This document shows, one piece after another, positions 1 to 12,738 of a DNA stretch of 64,000 nucleotides (the stretch's first letter is position 1; the number at the start of each line of letters is the position of its first letter). The stretch is taken from NCBI GenBank assembly GCA_963924565.1, contig OZ004608.1:36146001-36210000 (forward strand). Direction: 5' to 3'. Under the pieces are notes generated by a model. The model was not told where the DNA came from. It saw only the letters and a program-made list of their open reading frames with translations, and searched no databases. This stretch comes from Ascidiella aspersa. Lineage: Eukaryota. A program made the translations under genes and the position numbers.

Positions 1-63
1 GTATCTTGGTAATCCACAAATTCTAAAGTTGACTGCGAATTAAAAAAAAATATTTTTTGCTAC

Positions 64-3000
64 CCGCAAAGGGAAATGGTCGACCCAAAACCTCTCGCGA
101 ACATTTTCCCAGCTCTTCAGTGAGAACAATTCACCAATATGCGCTTTCCTGTTTTCCAAATCTACATTTGCCCACTTCTGGATGTGACTTAGAGCAGATT
201 CCTCTGATTCAGCCTAAAATGATAAAATAACAAGTCAAGTCAAATAAGAAACGCAAAAACTTACCTAAATATGTCACCTTTTAATGGTTTAAAGTGGTTG
301 TCAACCTGTACTAGACGTATTCCATTTTTATAGTGGCTCGTGAGCTGCTTTTAGGTCTTACGCGGATTGTACAAAATTAAAAAAAAAGTGTAATATTATA
401 ACAGCTTTGGAGCATAATGGTGGGAGGTTGTAATGTAGCAATAATTACTACCCCATATAGAAGTAGCATTCTAAACTTGGTAAACAAATATTTTATTCGA
501 AACGTTCAAAATGATACCTATGGGCATCGATATTTTTATTACGTATATAAGAGCTGTGGTGGATTTTATTCTCTATTTGCTAGTTTGAATCGGCCTAAAG
601 TCTTAAATCTGCGGCTAGAGCTGGAGGTAATTAGAATTCATATTTAACTTTATTTGCAAAAAGTAAAATTGTTTCTTTAGAAGCCAGGTGGTGGACACAC
701 ACAAAGTTAATAAAACCACCAGTAAAACAAAAAAAGTTGTACTGGCAGGCGAGATAGAACTAGCCTAGTATTATTCGAACAAATTAATGTTCTGTCCAAC
801 GCACCTGGTGTGCTATACTGTTATAAAAACGTATGTCGTTACGGTTGGCCAGTGTAACTTTAAGAAAATAGCTCTCAGTCAACAAATCATAATAAAAATC
901 TGTTTTTATTTGAAGTCAACAAACTATATTATCTCTCGCAGAGTTATTTCTACCTGCCAGCGTATTTCCTTTAAGAAAAAACAAAGTGTAGTTAAAATTC
1001 TGCCGGATGCAATTCAAAACTAAATTTTTATCAAATTTTAAACTGTACGACAACTTGTCCCATATTCGTTTAGACTTTGTTTAACGATAATTAAGTTGAT
1101 CAAGTTTTGTATCCTGCCCGCGATGATCAGGCCTTGCTTTTTGCCCTTCAAGAAAATCGTTTGGTGATCCCTGGTTTATGTCGAACGGTTTACGTTTCTA
1201 CAGGCTTTTTATATATAGCTTAAGGAAGCGAAGGAAACTATGTAGCACAATGGCTGGAGGTTGTAGTAAGACGTAGTAAGTACATCAAAGCCCATACTGA
1301 AGTAGGTAGCATTTTGCACGTTTTTAATAAATTGTTTTAATTCATTTTTAACATAAAAGGAAACTGTAATCAGTAACTAAATACACCTACATTGTCAGGA
1401 GTTAGCTCTACAAGGGCTTTAATTGATTCAGATTCCAGCGAGGCAATCGTCTCGTCGTCTTTAAGAATAGGAAAATGCAGTCTTATAAAAGCAGCACATC
1501 TGTCCTCCACCATCTTGAATCCACACTTCCTGGCGTTTGACCATTTCTCCAAGCAATCAGTCAGCCTCAGCGCTGGCAGAATGCACTTGCAACATCCCTC
1601 CTCTAAACCTAAACAGTTTTCAGTTTGTAGATGTTATGTGTGTGCGAGGTTATTACCTAAGAATATGCTTTACATTTGATTGACATGCAGAACCAAACGG
1701 GTGACGGTCAACTCAAAAAATCATTAAAACAAATTTAACCAGACACATGACAGCAAGCTTGGACTATAGTTAACTATAGATAATTCTATTTTTTTGATTT
1801 GATTTAGTGAAATCTAACTTGTAAATTGCTCGTCTGCGCTAATTCTAGTTCTAATTTATTTGGATTTGACTTAAAATGCTACTTTGGTCAACGGTATTTT
1901 TAGTCTATAAGACAGAATTTAAATTATTACTCTTCGGTCGGAACGACTGCTAGTCGACTTTCACAGTTTAAAAGGCATAAGTTACGCTAAAACGTATAAA
2001 AATTAGCCCAGGATAATAGAATTACATGACATTTACATATTTACGAGAATAAATTTTCTTAAAATTCTAGGTTAAATTTTAAGTTTGAAGAGCTCGGGAA
2101 TTCTAAGTCTAATCTTATTTGAGAAAACCAAAATATTCTTATTCTGAACTAATTCGAAAAAAACTAAAAAATAGTTTTTCAAGTCTGTATGGCAGAGCCC
2201 TGCCCAATGAAAGTCTTAAAGAATATGCTATTTACGATGTACTCAGGCCAACGCGAATATTTACGTTTCAAGGTCAAGGCTATTATAATGTTAGTAGTTT
2301 CAGTAGGCAATTTGACATCTAGTTGTCTTGTGGGTTGTGGCTTTTAGCATGCACGGTTAACTATTAAAAAACTAACAATATATCCTATCATATGGTTAGT
2401 TTGGTTCGTTCGTATTCTCACTGCGTAGTTTCGAAATACGGTTACTAACTTGGGATTAGAAAGTAGTTGGCTGCTGCATAAACATCAAATACGCTTTCTT
2501 GGTCGATCTTAATTTCACCAGTGTAAATAAAATCCAAAACGGTCTCCAACTTTTCAGCACTAACTCCAGTGATTTCGAAACTCTCTTGATATTTTTCTGA
2601 CATCTGAAATGTATTTGCGCGAAATCATTACAGTTTGACGCAGTATAGAACTAAAATATTTTTCTGACATCTGAAATGTATTTGCGCGAAATCATTACAG
2701 TTTGACGCAGTATAGAACTAAGCAAGCGTAATGGTGCAAAGATTAACTATATTCCCTTAAAAACAACTAATTAAAAAAATGCTTTTTACCTCTGTAGTAA
2801 ACATTGTTTATTGAACTGTGCGTTGTTCGTAAAATGTGCGAACCGAAATTCGTTAAAAATTGCATGAAATGAATCCTTAAGGTACATCGACATTTGTTCA
2901 CAAAATAAATTGTTTAAAAAAAACTTTTAGGTTAAAATACTTTACCTCTGTAGTAAACATTGCCTCGAAAAACTTGGAAGCCGATGCAAGTATTGTCTTG

Positions 3001-3308
3001 TGAACGGGGAATTCCCTTTCGTCACATATCAGTTTCGCGTCGGTCATTTTCTTGGCATTCGTTCGGTCACTTGAAACATAAATGTAATAGCTATGCTTTG
3101 ACCCTTTATGTCAGAAAAAGTAGACAAGTTATTCGCAAGCGTTAATAGTTAACCCTGCTTGCTAATAAACTAATAGTATTTTTCACACTGAAAGCCACAA
3201 ACCACAATGAGATAAATATACTTTAAATTGCCTACTTAAACTACTGAGTTACCTGTTTAACCAAGCCATCATAGCTGTATTATGACACTCTTTTGTAGAC
3301 GAACTCAT
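64..3308 (-). CDS. BTB/BACK (Kelch-like) protein, paralogue 1; 5' five coding exons, 3' part continues beyond the left edge
   Basis: Exons 3253-3308 (MSSSTKECHNTAMMAWLN), 2946-3069 (MTDAKLICDEREFPVHKTILASASKFFEAMFTTE, BTB motif), 2450-2603 (MSEKYQESFEITGVSAEKLETVLDFIYTGEI), 1391-1608 and 64-213 (BACK region). All are GT-AG and phase-compatible. Exon lengths (56/124/154/218/150) are identical to paralogue 2. Confidence 0.88.
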
Positions 3309-5213
3309 ATTCCAACGATGATATACAGGGCTGACCAAAAGATAGCCTGCAAACTATACAAGCTGCAAGTAAAGGTATCTTTTAATATCTACCAGTTGCG
3401 TTAACGTTGCGTGCTTGAATGTAGTTACTTCTAATTCACCTGGTATAACATACTGTATAACAACTGCCAGCAGCCTACGCTTTTCGCTTGAGTGCCATTC
3501 ATTCAATCGAGACAATACACCTGTGCTTTGTCAGGCTCGTATGTAATATATTTTCTCAAAACAGGTTCTGTTTGTCTGGCACCAGACAATGACATTTATA
3601 AACGCTCGGTGCGCTGCTGGAAAAATGTTTAGTCCAAAGATACAGCAAATAACAGTATAGTCAGCGTAACTTTACAAAATCGCAGTAGGGATAAGATACA
3701 AATAACTTTAACACACTTTTATGTCACGAATTGTATAAAATTACCTTGGTAGGCAGCGCGGTCTATGCACCAACTTCATATAGTACGTAGCACGGACTTT
3801 TTGATGGGATTGGCACCGATACCCAATATAGGAGTTCCAGCCATGATTTGCAACCAAAGCAGCTATTTCACACGTGTCGATTATACACCAAGTTGAATAG
3901 AAAGCTAAAGTACGTTTTGCCTTAATTATCTAGAAAAATGCTATTAAACGTTTACATTTTATATGTTTTTCTTGTTTAAGCATAGGTTTGATGTCATTTT
4001 ACTACTTTGAGTCTAGAAAATATTTGAAATCGGTATTGGAGTGAAACGCTGAGTACCGAACATCGCTAAGCTCAACATTAGGGATGTCTAACATTTTTGT
4101 AGCTTTGTTCCGACAACCGATCATAGTATATCAGTTAATAAGGATTTTGTATGATTTATTTATAGTTTATTACAATTGTTACATGATACACGCAGTTGGA
4201 AATAGTTAATATTTGATATGTACTGTACATTGATATTTATTTTACATGAAAGGTTTACGCGCAAAAACGACGAAGTTTGAATTAAACAGTGAAAACGAAC
4301 AACATTATTATAATTGAAACCAATACAGTAAAATTTTCAAATTGGCTAAACGATGTTAAACACCAAACGTACAAGTATCGTAATGTCATTTTGGCGGGTT
4401 TCGATTTAAAAGGATTCAACCTTCAAAATCAGTGATTACTCTGATTACAAAACAAACTCTGGGCAACAAATTTTGTGGGTAAACTATTCACTTAGTTTTC
4501 CTGGTTTAAAATGTGAAAACCAAAAAAAGTAGAATACTTTTCTTACCGGAACATTTTTTTGCGGAACGTTTGAAAGTTTAGATATGTCGTCACAAAGTAA
4601 AAAAAACTGACGTTATCGTTTGATGTTGTGCACAAAAATGCAACTGAAATCTTAGTTTAAATACGTTTAAGGAGATGACGCGATGGCCGGTGAAAAACAT
4701 ATGTTGCCTGGTACAAATGACAATCTCCTGTCTGAACACCGTTCCGGCTTACTTTCACTACTGGAGAAAACAGAATTCGTTCATACCAATATATAATGGG
4801 TGTTTCATCACAGGGGTAAACTGGATGTGCGTACAAAGTACTGCTTTTACTGAGCAGCAAGTATACGCTGAACTTTTTCTTTAGACTTAAGAAAAAACCC
4901 ATATGTTTGGTAAGAGACTATTTACTGCGCTGCCGGTAAATACAGCAAATTTGCCATTTTAGATAAAGCTGTGCGAATATACGTCTACACGCAACTGATT
5001 GGAGATCCACATATAATTATGTGAATCTGCATGGTGGTCAACGGGCGTAATAAGCTTAACAATACTGAACTAACTGGTACGCAGTAATGATCTAAAAAAT
5101 ATGTGGTATAGGCTACATCTAAAGTATAACAACAATAGACTTAAAATAATAAACTCTTATAAGTATATCACACTACGTAATGAAAATATAGTACAATTTC
5201 AGTGAACATTATT

Positions 5214-5598
5214 TCACTTATATACAAGTTCAAATGAAAAGAGTTTGTGATACGTAGAGATTTCTGTGGACTCGAACACGAATCTCCACGTTGTCTCATA
5301 CGGATCTCTCTCGTATATCCGAAGAATTTTTTTAGATTCAGAAAAACCTTTAGGCCTTTCTACTTTTATATTCAAACTACATTCTGAACCGTCACTTGAC
5401 ATCAAATCTTCAGAAGGTTTGTCATCGTCGTTGTTTGCTGGTTCGCTAGCAGTTATGCTTGGTTGTTCAATAACTTCATCCTTGCTGTCCTCACAGGCAG
5501 CGATTTCACAGGGAAAAGTGTCACCTGTTTCACTAAAAAGAAGGGAAACAGTTTCCTTGAAGTTGCAGGTATTTCGATTTTTTTTATTTTCTCGATTG
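5214..5598 (-). CDS. Probable terminal coding exon, acidic/low-complexity; possibly the last exon of Kelch-like paralogue 2
   Basis: Acceptor ttgtaaag at 5599-5600 is followed by an open frame of about 128 codons (NRENKKNRNTCNFKETVSLLFSETGDTFPCEIAACEDSKDEVIEQPS...FELVYK*). Its upstream connection is hidden by the N gap. Confidence 0.45.
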
Positions 5599-5685
5599 CT
5601 TTACAAAACAAACAACTTTATATTATTACAGTTTAGTAAACACACATCTACAGTATTGCGTTCTAAGTTGGGGTAGAGCTTGTCT

Positions 5686-6390
5686 NNNNNNNNNNNNNNN
5701 NNNNNNNNNNNNNNNNNNNNNNNNNNNNNNNNNNNNNNNNNNNNNNNNNNNNNNNNNNNNNNNNNNNNNNNNNNNNNNNNNNNNNNNNNNNNNNNNNNNN
5801 NNNNNNNNNNNNNNNNNNNNNNNNNNNNNNNNNNNNNNNNNNNNNNNNNNNNNNNNNNNNNNNNNNNNNNNNNNNNNNNNNNNNNNNNNNNNNNNNNNNN
5901 NNNNNNNNNNNNNNNNNNNNNNNNNNNNNNNNNNNNNNNNNNNNNNNNNNNNNNNNNNNNNNNNNNNNNNNNNNNNNNNNNNNNNNNNNNNNNNNNNNNN
6001 NNNNNNNNNNNNNNNNNNNNNNNNNNNNNNNNNNNNNNNNNNNNNNNNNNNNNNNNNNNNNNNNNNNNNNNNNNNNNNNNNNNNNNNNNNNNNNNNNNNN
6101 NNNNNNNNNNNNNNNNNNNNNNNNNNNNNNNNNNNNNNNNNNNNNNNNNNNNNNNNNNNNNNNNNNNNNNNNNNNNNNNNNNNNNNNNNNNNNNNNNNNN
6201 NNNNNNNNNNNNNNNNNNNNNNNNNNNNNNNNNNNNNNNNNNNNNNNNNNNNNNNNNNNNNNNNNNNNNNNNNNNNNNNNNNNNNNNNNNNNNNNNNNNN
6301 NNNNNNNNNNNNNNNNNNNNNNNNNNNNNNNNNNNNNNNNNNNNNNNNNNNNNNNNNNNNNNNNNNNNNNNNNNNNNNNNNNNNNNNNNN
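5686..6390. other. Assembly gap (run of N)
   Basis: About 705 consecutive N. Confidence 0.99.
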
Positions 6391-8828
6391 ATGGTTTACA
6401 ATTATAGCCTATATATAGTTTATGATATTGTCGTAGTTTGGCGTTTCTAAAACTTTGAAGTTATACTAAAAGCGATGGGTTGGCGCAAACTTGTATATAT
6501 TAGAATTCGATCATTTTTGTTTTGTAAAATTAGATTAGAATTAGAACTAACGAGCTCTTCAAAACCAAAATTAAAACTAGAATTTGAATTGGAATTACAT
6601 TTTTAGTTATTTACAAACATTTAATTTAATCGCAAAAAATGTAAATGGTAAATTTTTTGTGCCAATTTTTATATGTTTAAGCACAGCCTATGCTTTTTGA
6701 ACAGTAAAAATCACCTACCAGTCGTTTCGACCAAGGTGTATTATTTTATGTTAAGCTTTGTTTTGATTAAGCGACTAAAAATGTCTTTGGACAAAGTATC
6801 ATTTTTGGTAAAACCGAATTAGATTAAAACTAGAATTAGAGCACACAAACCGAAATAGAATAAGAATGAGTCGTATTTTGCACTAATTGATTGAATTAGA
6901 AAATTAGAATTACAGTATCTAGTTGTCTAAGTCTGCCTGTTTTCTCTTTCTAACTAAAGCCTTATCAAATTTGTAACTGTAAAAAAGTCCAAATAAAACA
7001 GTACAGTTACTAAATCCAAATTAAACTAATAGAGCCATATCTTTATATTAATTTCACAATTTTCTAGCAATTTGGCTCAAAACCAATCACAATAAATCTA
7101 ACCGTGTAAACCACTTGCAGTGGGTGACCCAACCTGAACGTAACCCATAAGTTGAAAAACGCCTGTCATAGTTTTTATGGTACGTTAAAGTCGCAAATTT
7201 TAAAAACGATTCGCATATGGTTAACTTTGTGCTTTGCTTTTTTGTTTTTAAAACTTTTAGCAGAAGTTCAAACAGCTAAGGAGGCGTCTTCATAGTCTTT
7301 TCGGATTATATTTGTGACTGCCACAATTCTTTACCTGAAAAACTTTTAAACAATTACCAACCTGAAAGTGGACCTTCCAAATGTAAGTTTAAACTAACTC
7401 TATTCAGATTCATAACATCCCTTAGCCATATTTCCTCCATAAACAAATCGCAATTTTTTTAGTGTCTCAATCAATAGGTGATGAAAAACGGGTTAAAAGC
7501 TATTAAGGGAAAATAGACGTTTGACAGGAAAGTAATACAACGTTCAAACACTAACAAACCTTATAACAGCAACCACGATCTTTCCATGCGCCACGCAAGC
7601 GTCTTGGAACTTGCTCACGTGAACCAAGTTGGGTTCGACAGGTTCGTAAACACCACGTGACCTTTCAACCTTTAATATCAGTTGGTTGTTTTCTGTAAAT
7701 GAAAAACATTAGGAAATTTCGCTGAACTGTGCGTTTTAAAGTAGGTGTAGAGGAACGACGCATGTATGTTTGTGCTTGTAATTATAGCGTGTTCGCCTGG
7801 TAAAGTGTTAAATATTTTACCTCGATATTCATTTCCTTTCGTGGCCGTTCTGGCAAATCCAGCCGGCATTTCGACTCAATTAATCCCCATCGCAGTCGCT
7901 CTTGTGCTATATAGTGTCACGCTACTGCTGGATAAAACACCACAGTCAACGATGCGCTCCTTACTGACAACACGTGTTTTTACTGCGCTGTAAGCCATTT
8001 TATTGAAAGCGAGCTATACTTAATTATGTGAATGTACAATAAATCTATAAGCGACCTGACAGTATGCTCTTTAAATTACAATGGTAGTTTGTCTTAGTTT
8101 CGATTTAATGGAGTTCAGATAGCACGGTGGTCATGTCTCACCTGTTGAAATATACAATATAAACCAATAGGCTTTGCAAGCAGATGTTTACGTACAACAT
8201 CGTTCTTCCTTTGTTTCTTCTTTAAAAAAAATGGTTTGTCCAGTATGTAAACTTTGTACTTATTTGACTTTTTGGTCCCTACATTGATATTTGATATTTA
8301 TTAAACAATGTAGGCCAGTAAAATGAACTACTTTTCTAGCAAAACATTGAAGATTAGGTGAGGTCATGAATCTTGGGTGGCTTGGTTTGGTAGTATGTGT
8401 GTCACAAATTTAATTATTGCAGTCCTTTTAAAGCATAACTAATGTGTTAGGCCGCGGGAACTGCCGCTCGGGTCAGCTACCCGCCGCCACGGTTTCCCCT
8501 CAGAGATAGAACTTTGTGTGAGTTTCGAAGCCTCGGTTTTCCCGGCACTGCGTGATTTCTTTGTGTGCGATTTCGTTTTGAATTGCGTTGTGTTGCATTG
8601 TCATTCGTCGGGTGGATACCGAAAGAATCGGACACATTTTGAGCACAGTTTGCAATCTCGTTGGTTATAGACAAGCTGTATAGCCTTATGCGAGCACTTG
8701 GTGTGCATGGTTATTCGCCGTATACTGATTGTCGTTCTGTCCAATAAACGTCTTGCTCGAGAGAGTAAAGTCATTTCTATCCTTAGCAGCTACTTTGGGG
8801 ATCGTGTCCCGATCTGGTCTGCGACAAT

Positions 8829-8846
8829 TGGGGGCTCGTCCGGGAT
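8829..8846 (+). promoter_or_regulatory. Primer-binding site complementary to the tRNA-Pro 3' end
   Basis: TGGGGGCTCGTCCGGGAT, 2 nt after the LTR-terminal ACA; this is the canonical tRNA-Pro PBS. Confidence 0.93.
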
Positions 8847-8890
8847 TTAAACAAGGTTTGACATAAAGACCCCTTCAAGACGTAGTAGAA

Positions 8891-9677
8891 ATGGACAAGA
8901 TAGTCGAGGCAGGAAAGAGCATGGGACTTGCAGGTGGACCTGGTGAAGTTCGTGCAGCATCAGCAGGCCGCAGAACGTGAAGAACGTCGCTTGGATCGCG
9001 AAGCAGCGGCCGAAGAAGCTGAGAAAGTCCGCGAAGCTAAGGGAGCCGCCGAAGTAAGGCTGGCCAAAGAAGCTGAGAAATTCCGCAAAGCTAAGGCAGC
9101 TGCCAAAGGAAGGCGGGCCAGAGACGCTCGAAGAGAAAACGAGTTTCGATTAGAGATGAATCGGTTGGAAGTTGAAATAGCTCAACTTCAGCATCGGAAA
9201 CCAGTCGTATTAAAGCTGGTCGAATTCGAGAACAAAGAGAATAAAAAGAATACTTCCGATTATAGTAAAGAGAAGACTACGAGCCAAAAGTCTGAAGATA
9301 GACAACTCAAAGTGGACAAGCAAGTAGAAGCGTTTGAAAAGATGCCTACCGCAGGGATATGTGTCACAAAGATGCAAAACACAGGCACTTTGCATCCGTC
9401 GCTTGTCGCGAAAAATGTGATGAACAACAAAGAAATTACCGCGCCGAGCAAGGACAGCTCGGGAAGCTTGGTCGGCGGAAAAGTGGCCGAGAAGAGTTCT
9501 ATTGAGGAAGGTCAGTTGTATAACGAGGCATTGCAAACGTCAAACGAAAGTTGTTCTGACGACGCTCAGTTGTACAGCGAGGCTTTAGAAGCGACAAACG
9601 AACGGTGGGTTGAAGACGTTCAGTTGGGTCACGAATTATTGCAAAAGAATCGGACGCATTTTGAGCACAGTTTGTAA
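8891..9677 (+). pseudogene. Gag-like N-terminal coiled-coil ORF of the LTR element, frameshifted near 8935 and running into the 3' LTR
   Basis: ATG 8891 gives MDKIVEAGKSMGLAG, which continues after a frame change as DLVKFVQHQQAAEREERRLDRE. This resembles the GKxxGLxGxxLxxFVxxQQxxEREER N-terminus of invertebrate Gypsy Gag. Two 18-aa (54-bp) internal repeat sets lie at about 9015-9120 and about 9504-9643. Confidence 0.7.
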
Positions 9678-12379
9678 TCTCGTGGGTTAGAGACAAGCTG
9701 TAGCCTTATGCGAGCACTTGGTGTGCATGGTTATTTGCCGTAAACTGATTGTCGTTCTGTCCAATAAACGTCTTGCTCGAGAAAGTAAAGTCATTTCTAT
9801 CCTTAGCAGCTACTTTGGGGATCGTGTCCCGATCTAGTCTGCGACAATGTGTTAACCGGCTTTGCAGAATCGGTTTAGTAAAACTGAAATTTGTCGCCTT
9901 TTGCAAGATTATTTACTGCTTTTTTAATGTAAACACAATATCGAAAAAAAAACGGCCAAGTTATAGACTTTAAGAGTTTAGCTTTGACCCGCAACCATAG
10001 AACGTTTACATTATATTTAAAGCTAACCTATTGAAAGCAAGTATATGTTGTTGCCCAGCACGAGAGCTTTGCAGGTGTTTGGTGGAATCGTTTTGACGAT
10101 ATTCGTTGTTTTATTGTGAACATTGTACTCTTCACATGTGCATTCATCATAGTTGAAAGCAAGCATGGCGCCTGATGAATAAATATACACGCTTTAGCAG
10201 TAATTAACATAACACAGATTGGTTTGATGTTCAAAAGCATAGACATGTTTAAGACCGCTTTAAAATCGGTAGGAAAAACTTGAGTTTTAAAAAGTTTTTA
10301 AATATTACCGTTCCGAACCGCTGCATGGTGTGATTTGTTCTTCAATGGTTCCAGTCGGTATCCTCTTGAGTATTCATTGTTTTCCCTCTTTGCATATCTC
10401 TACGTAGAGGGCAGAAGTATCATTTCCTCCAACGGCATAAACAGTTTCTGGAAAGACATGTTTATGAAGATTTATCATACACTGTAAATCTAAAGGTGGA
10501 AATTATTGGCCTTATAGGTGGTTCATAATTTCCAACCAGACCAGGTTTTATGATTAGTGTACCCATTAACCAAAACTATTTGTACGTTAACAACAGACGA
10601 TGAAAAAACACAAACATTTCTTACATATGTTACAAAATTAAAAACTGCTGCTTTATTGCCATAAGCTGCATACAAGTTTTTTGTTAATATTTAAAGCTTA
10701 TTATTTTATAAAACATTTCCGAAATTATTGCGGTTGATAACTAATAGAACACACTCACGATTTATAGATACAGCTGCACACTTGCGACGTTTCTGATATA
10801 ACGAGCCATAATTTTCCCAACCACTCGATGGACGCTTTAAATTGATTCTTTGGATGGTAGCGTCCATTTGATCTTGTGTTTGTGAGTAGCCACCAATCAA
10901 GTAACAGTGATCTTGACTTGCAACCAAAGCAGATTCATACCGTGGTACTTCCCTATTCTACAGTAATAAAAGTAATATTGTACATACAAGCAACTTATTT
11001 TACATGAGATACAGCATTTCACTTACTGCTAGAACCCCTTGCTCATTAGTTTGCAGATCAAACATCCTTAAACAGGTTGAATCTTCGTTCATCACCAAAA
11101 TGCTTTTCCAGAAGTCTGCGATAATAACTGTATAGGCGGCTACTTCCTTAAATACAGCTTATAAAGCAGTGCTTCTAAATCATTTTTTTTTACGTTTTTT
11201 ATCGCGGACCTCTGAACACTCACACTGCTCTAAACATATTAATCGCAACACAAAATTTATATCCGTTGACGTTTGATTGTTTTTGTATTATCCTGTTGTG
11301 TGTTTAATTTCGCCTTACAAGAAGTTTTGCATCTACTAACTTCCTAATGCTACTTCGGTCACGCAAAACGCTAAAAAGGAATGAATAAGAACGTTAAACA
11401 ATACAGCTTAAAGGGCGAAGTACACCTCACAGAGAACAAAAGTACTTCACATTAAAGTTAAAGTAGGCTACTCACCAGAACGTAAAGTAGGCTTGTATAG
11501 AGTAGATATTCTTTCAACAAATGTAATAGCACACTCTGGGAACGTACAGCAAATTTCCTATAATATAACAACAGTGAGATTAATTTCGAATATCCGGAAT
11601 GTGAACCCATTTTAGTCCACCCTTAAACGAAAAACATAAAACATTCAAACCAACTTTAACCACATATCGGTGAAAATAGTTTAACACTCATTTTGAACCA
11701 AACGGGCGTCATTTTTTTTTTGAACGAATTTATTGTTATACTACATGTTTTGCTAAATATTGTGGTCCTTTTAGAAATCAAGTTTAAATATTTTGAGAGG
11801 AAGCACCGTCTCTGGAATTTTCGTAGTTGAAATTGTTGAAGGTTTATCACTTGGAAAAAATTATGCATAGATAACAATACATGTTTCCTATCCTTAAATA
11901 AATCTAATGTCCAGTGTTTTAATTGTTAAAGACAAAAGCTTGATCTTAAAGTAAGGGAGCAGCTTTCCATGGCTCTACACTCAAATACAGTGTTTCTTAA
12001 ACTTTGTAGGCCTTACTTGAAGTTTAAAATGGTCGACCCAAAATCGCCCACGGACATTCTTCCAGTTCTTCAGGGAAAACAAATCTCCGAAATGTTGTTT
12101 TCTGTTTTCCAAGTCAGCATTGATCCAGTTCTGCAAGTGACTTAAGGCAGCCTCAGCCGATTCAGCCTTTGTAACAAAAAGTTTATGTGATAGTGACAAG
12201 TCTTATTCAACGTTAAGGCAGGCCAACCTTTTGTTTTGACACTATATTTTTAGCCCTTAGCGGTCAATGTTGCCTTTTCGTAACAAATGAGTTTTAACAT
12301 AGCTTTGTTACTGTACCGGCCATAACTAGAGTGACTGTAGGCCCTACTAAATTTGCAGTTTATCTACTGGCGTGCTGAT

Positions 12380-12738
12380 CAGGGCTGTGGAGTCGGTTAA
12401 AAAAACCCGAGTTCAACTCTCGAGTCCGACTCCAGCCATTAAAATAAAGGCTAAATGTGCGATTTTGTCTAGTCCCACAAATCCGACTCTACAGCATGTG
12501 TTTCACCAAATTTCGTACTTTTTAAGGTGGGTTTTCAGCAATCCACGCAAAAAGTTGTCATATAACTCATTTACTCACAATACATAGTTGGAAAATATTC
12601 CACCGTTTGCTATTACACTTTTACGATTTATAGCGGTCGGTAATACCAGGTTTAAATTTAAAACTGCGCATGCGCACTTCGGACGCGGGTAGTTTTTGGT
12701 GGTCTTAGTCGAGTCCCGACTCCGACTCTGCAGCCCTG
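12380..12738. mobile_element. hAT-type MITE with GGAGTC-repeat ends
   Basis: TIRs CAGGGCTGTGGAGTCGG / CCGACTCTGCAGCCCTG; 8-bp TSD gtgctgat/ctgctgat. Confidence 0.75.

Larger units (their letters stand above)
8445..9846 (+). mobile_element. Internally deleted Ty3/Gypsy-type LTR retrotransposon (5' LTR, PBS, gag-like N-terminus, 5'-truncated 3' LTR), antisense within a Kelch-2 intron
   Basis: 5' LTR about 8445-8826 (TGT...ACA, AATAAA near 8743). 8622-8826 is repeated at 9644-9846 with about 8 substitutions and one 2-bp indel. A PBS follows the first LTR, then a coiled-coil gag-like ORF. No RT or IN sequence is present. Confidence 0.9.

Noticed and set aside
1-33. Next Kelch-1 exon at the window edge
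   Set aside because: It would need a 31-nt intron and is not homologous to exon 6 of paralogue 2.
5266-5676. 136-aa plus-strand ORF (likewise 1392-1679, 13061-13342, 9210-9536, 51494-51850)
   Set aside because: These are antisense shadows of real or probable coding exons on the other strand.
5680-6450. 256-aa ORF in the ORF track
   Set aside because: Artefact of the N gap.
7876-10376. In-frame TGAs as selenocysteine or readthrough codons
   Set aside because: One results from a frameshift and the other replaces an expected Trp (TGG>TGA); no SECIS element was recognised.
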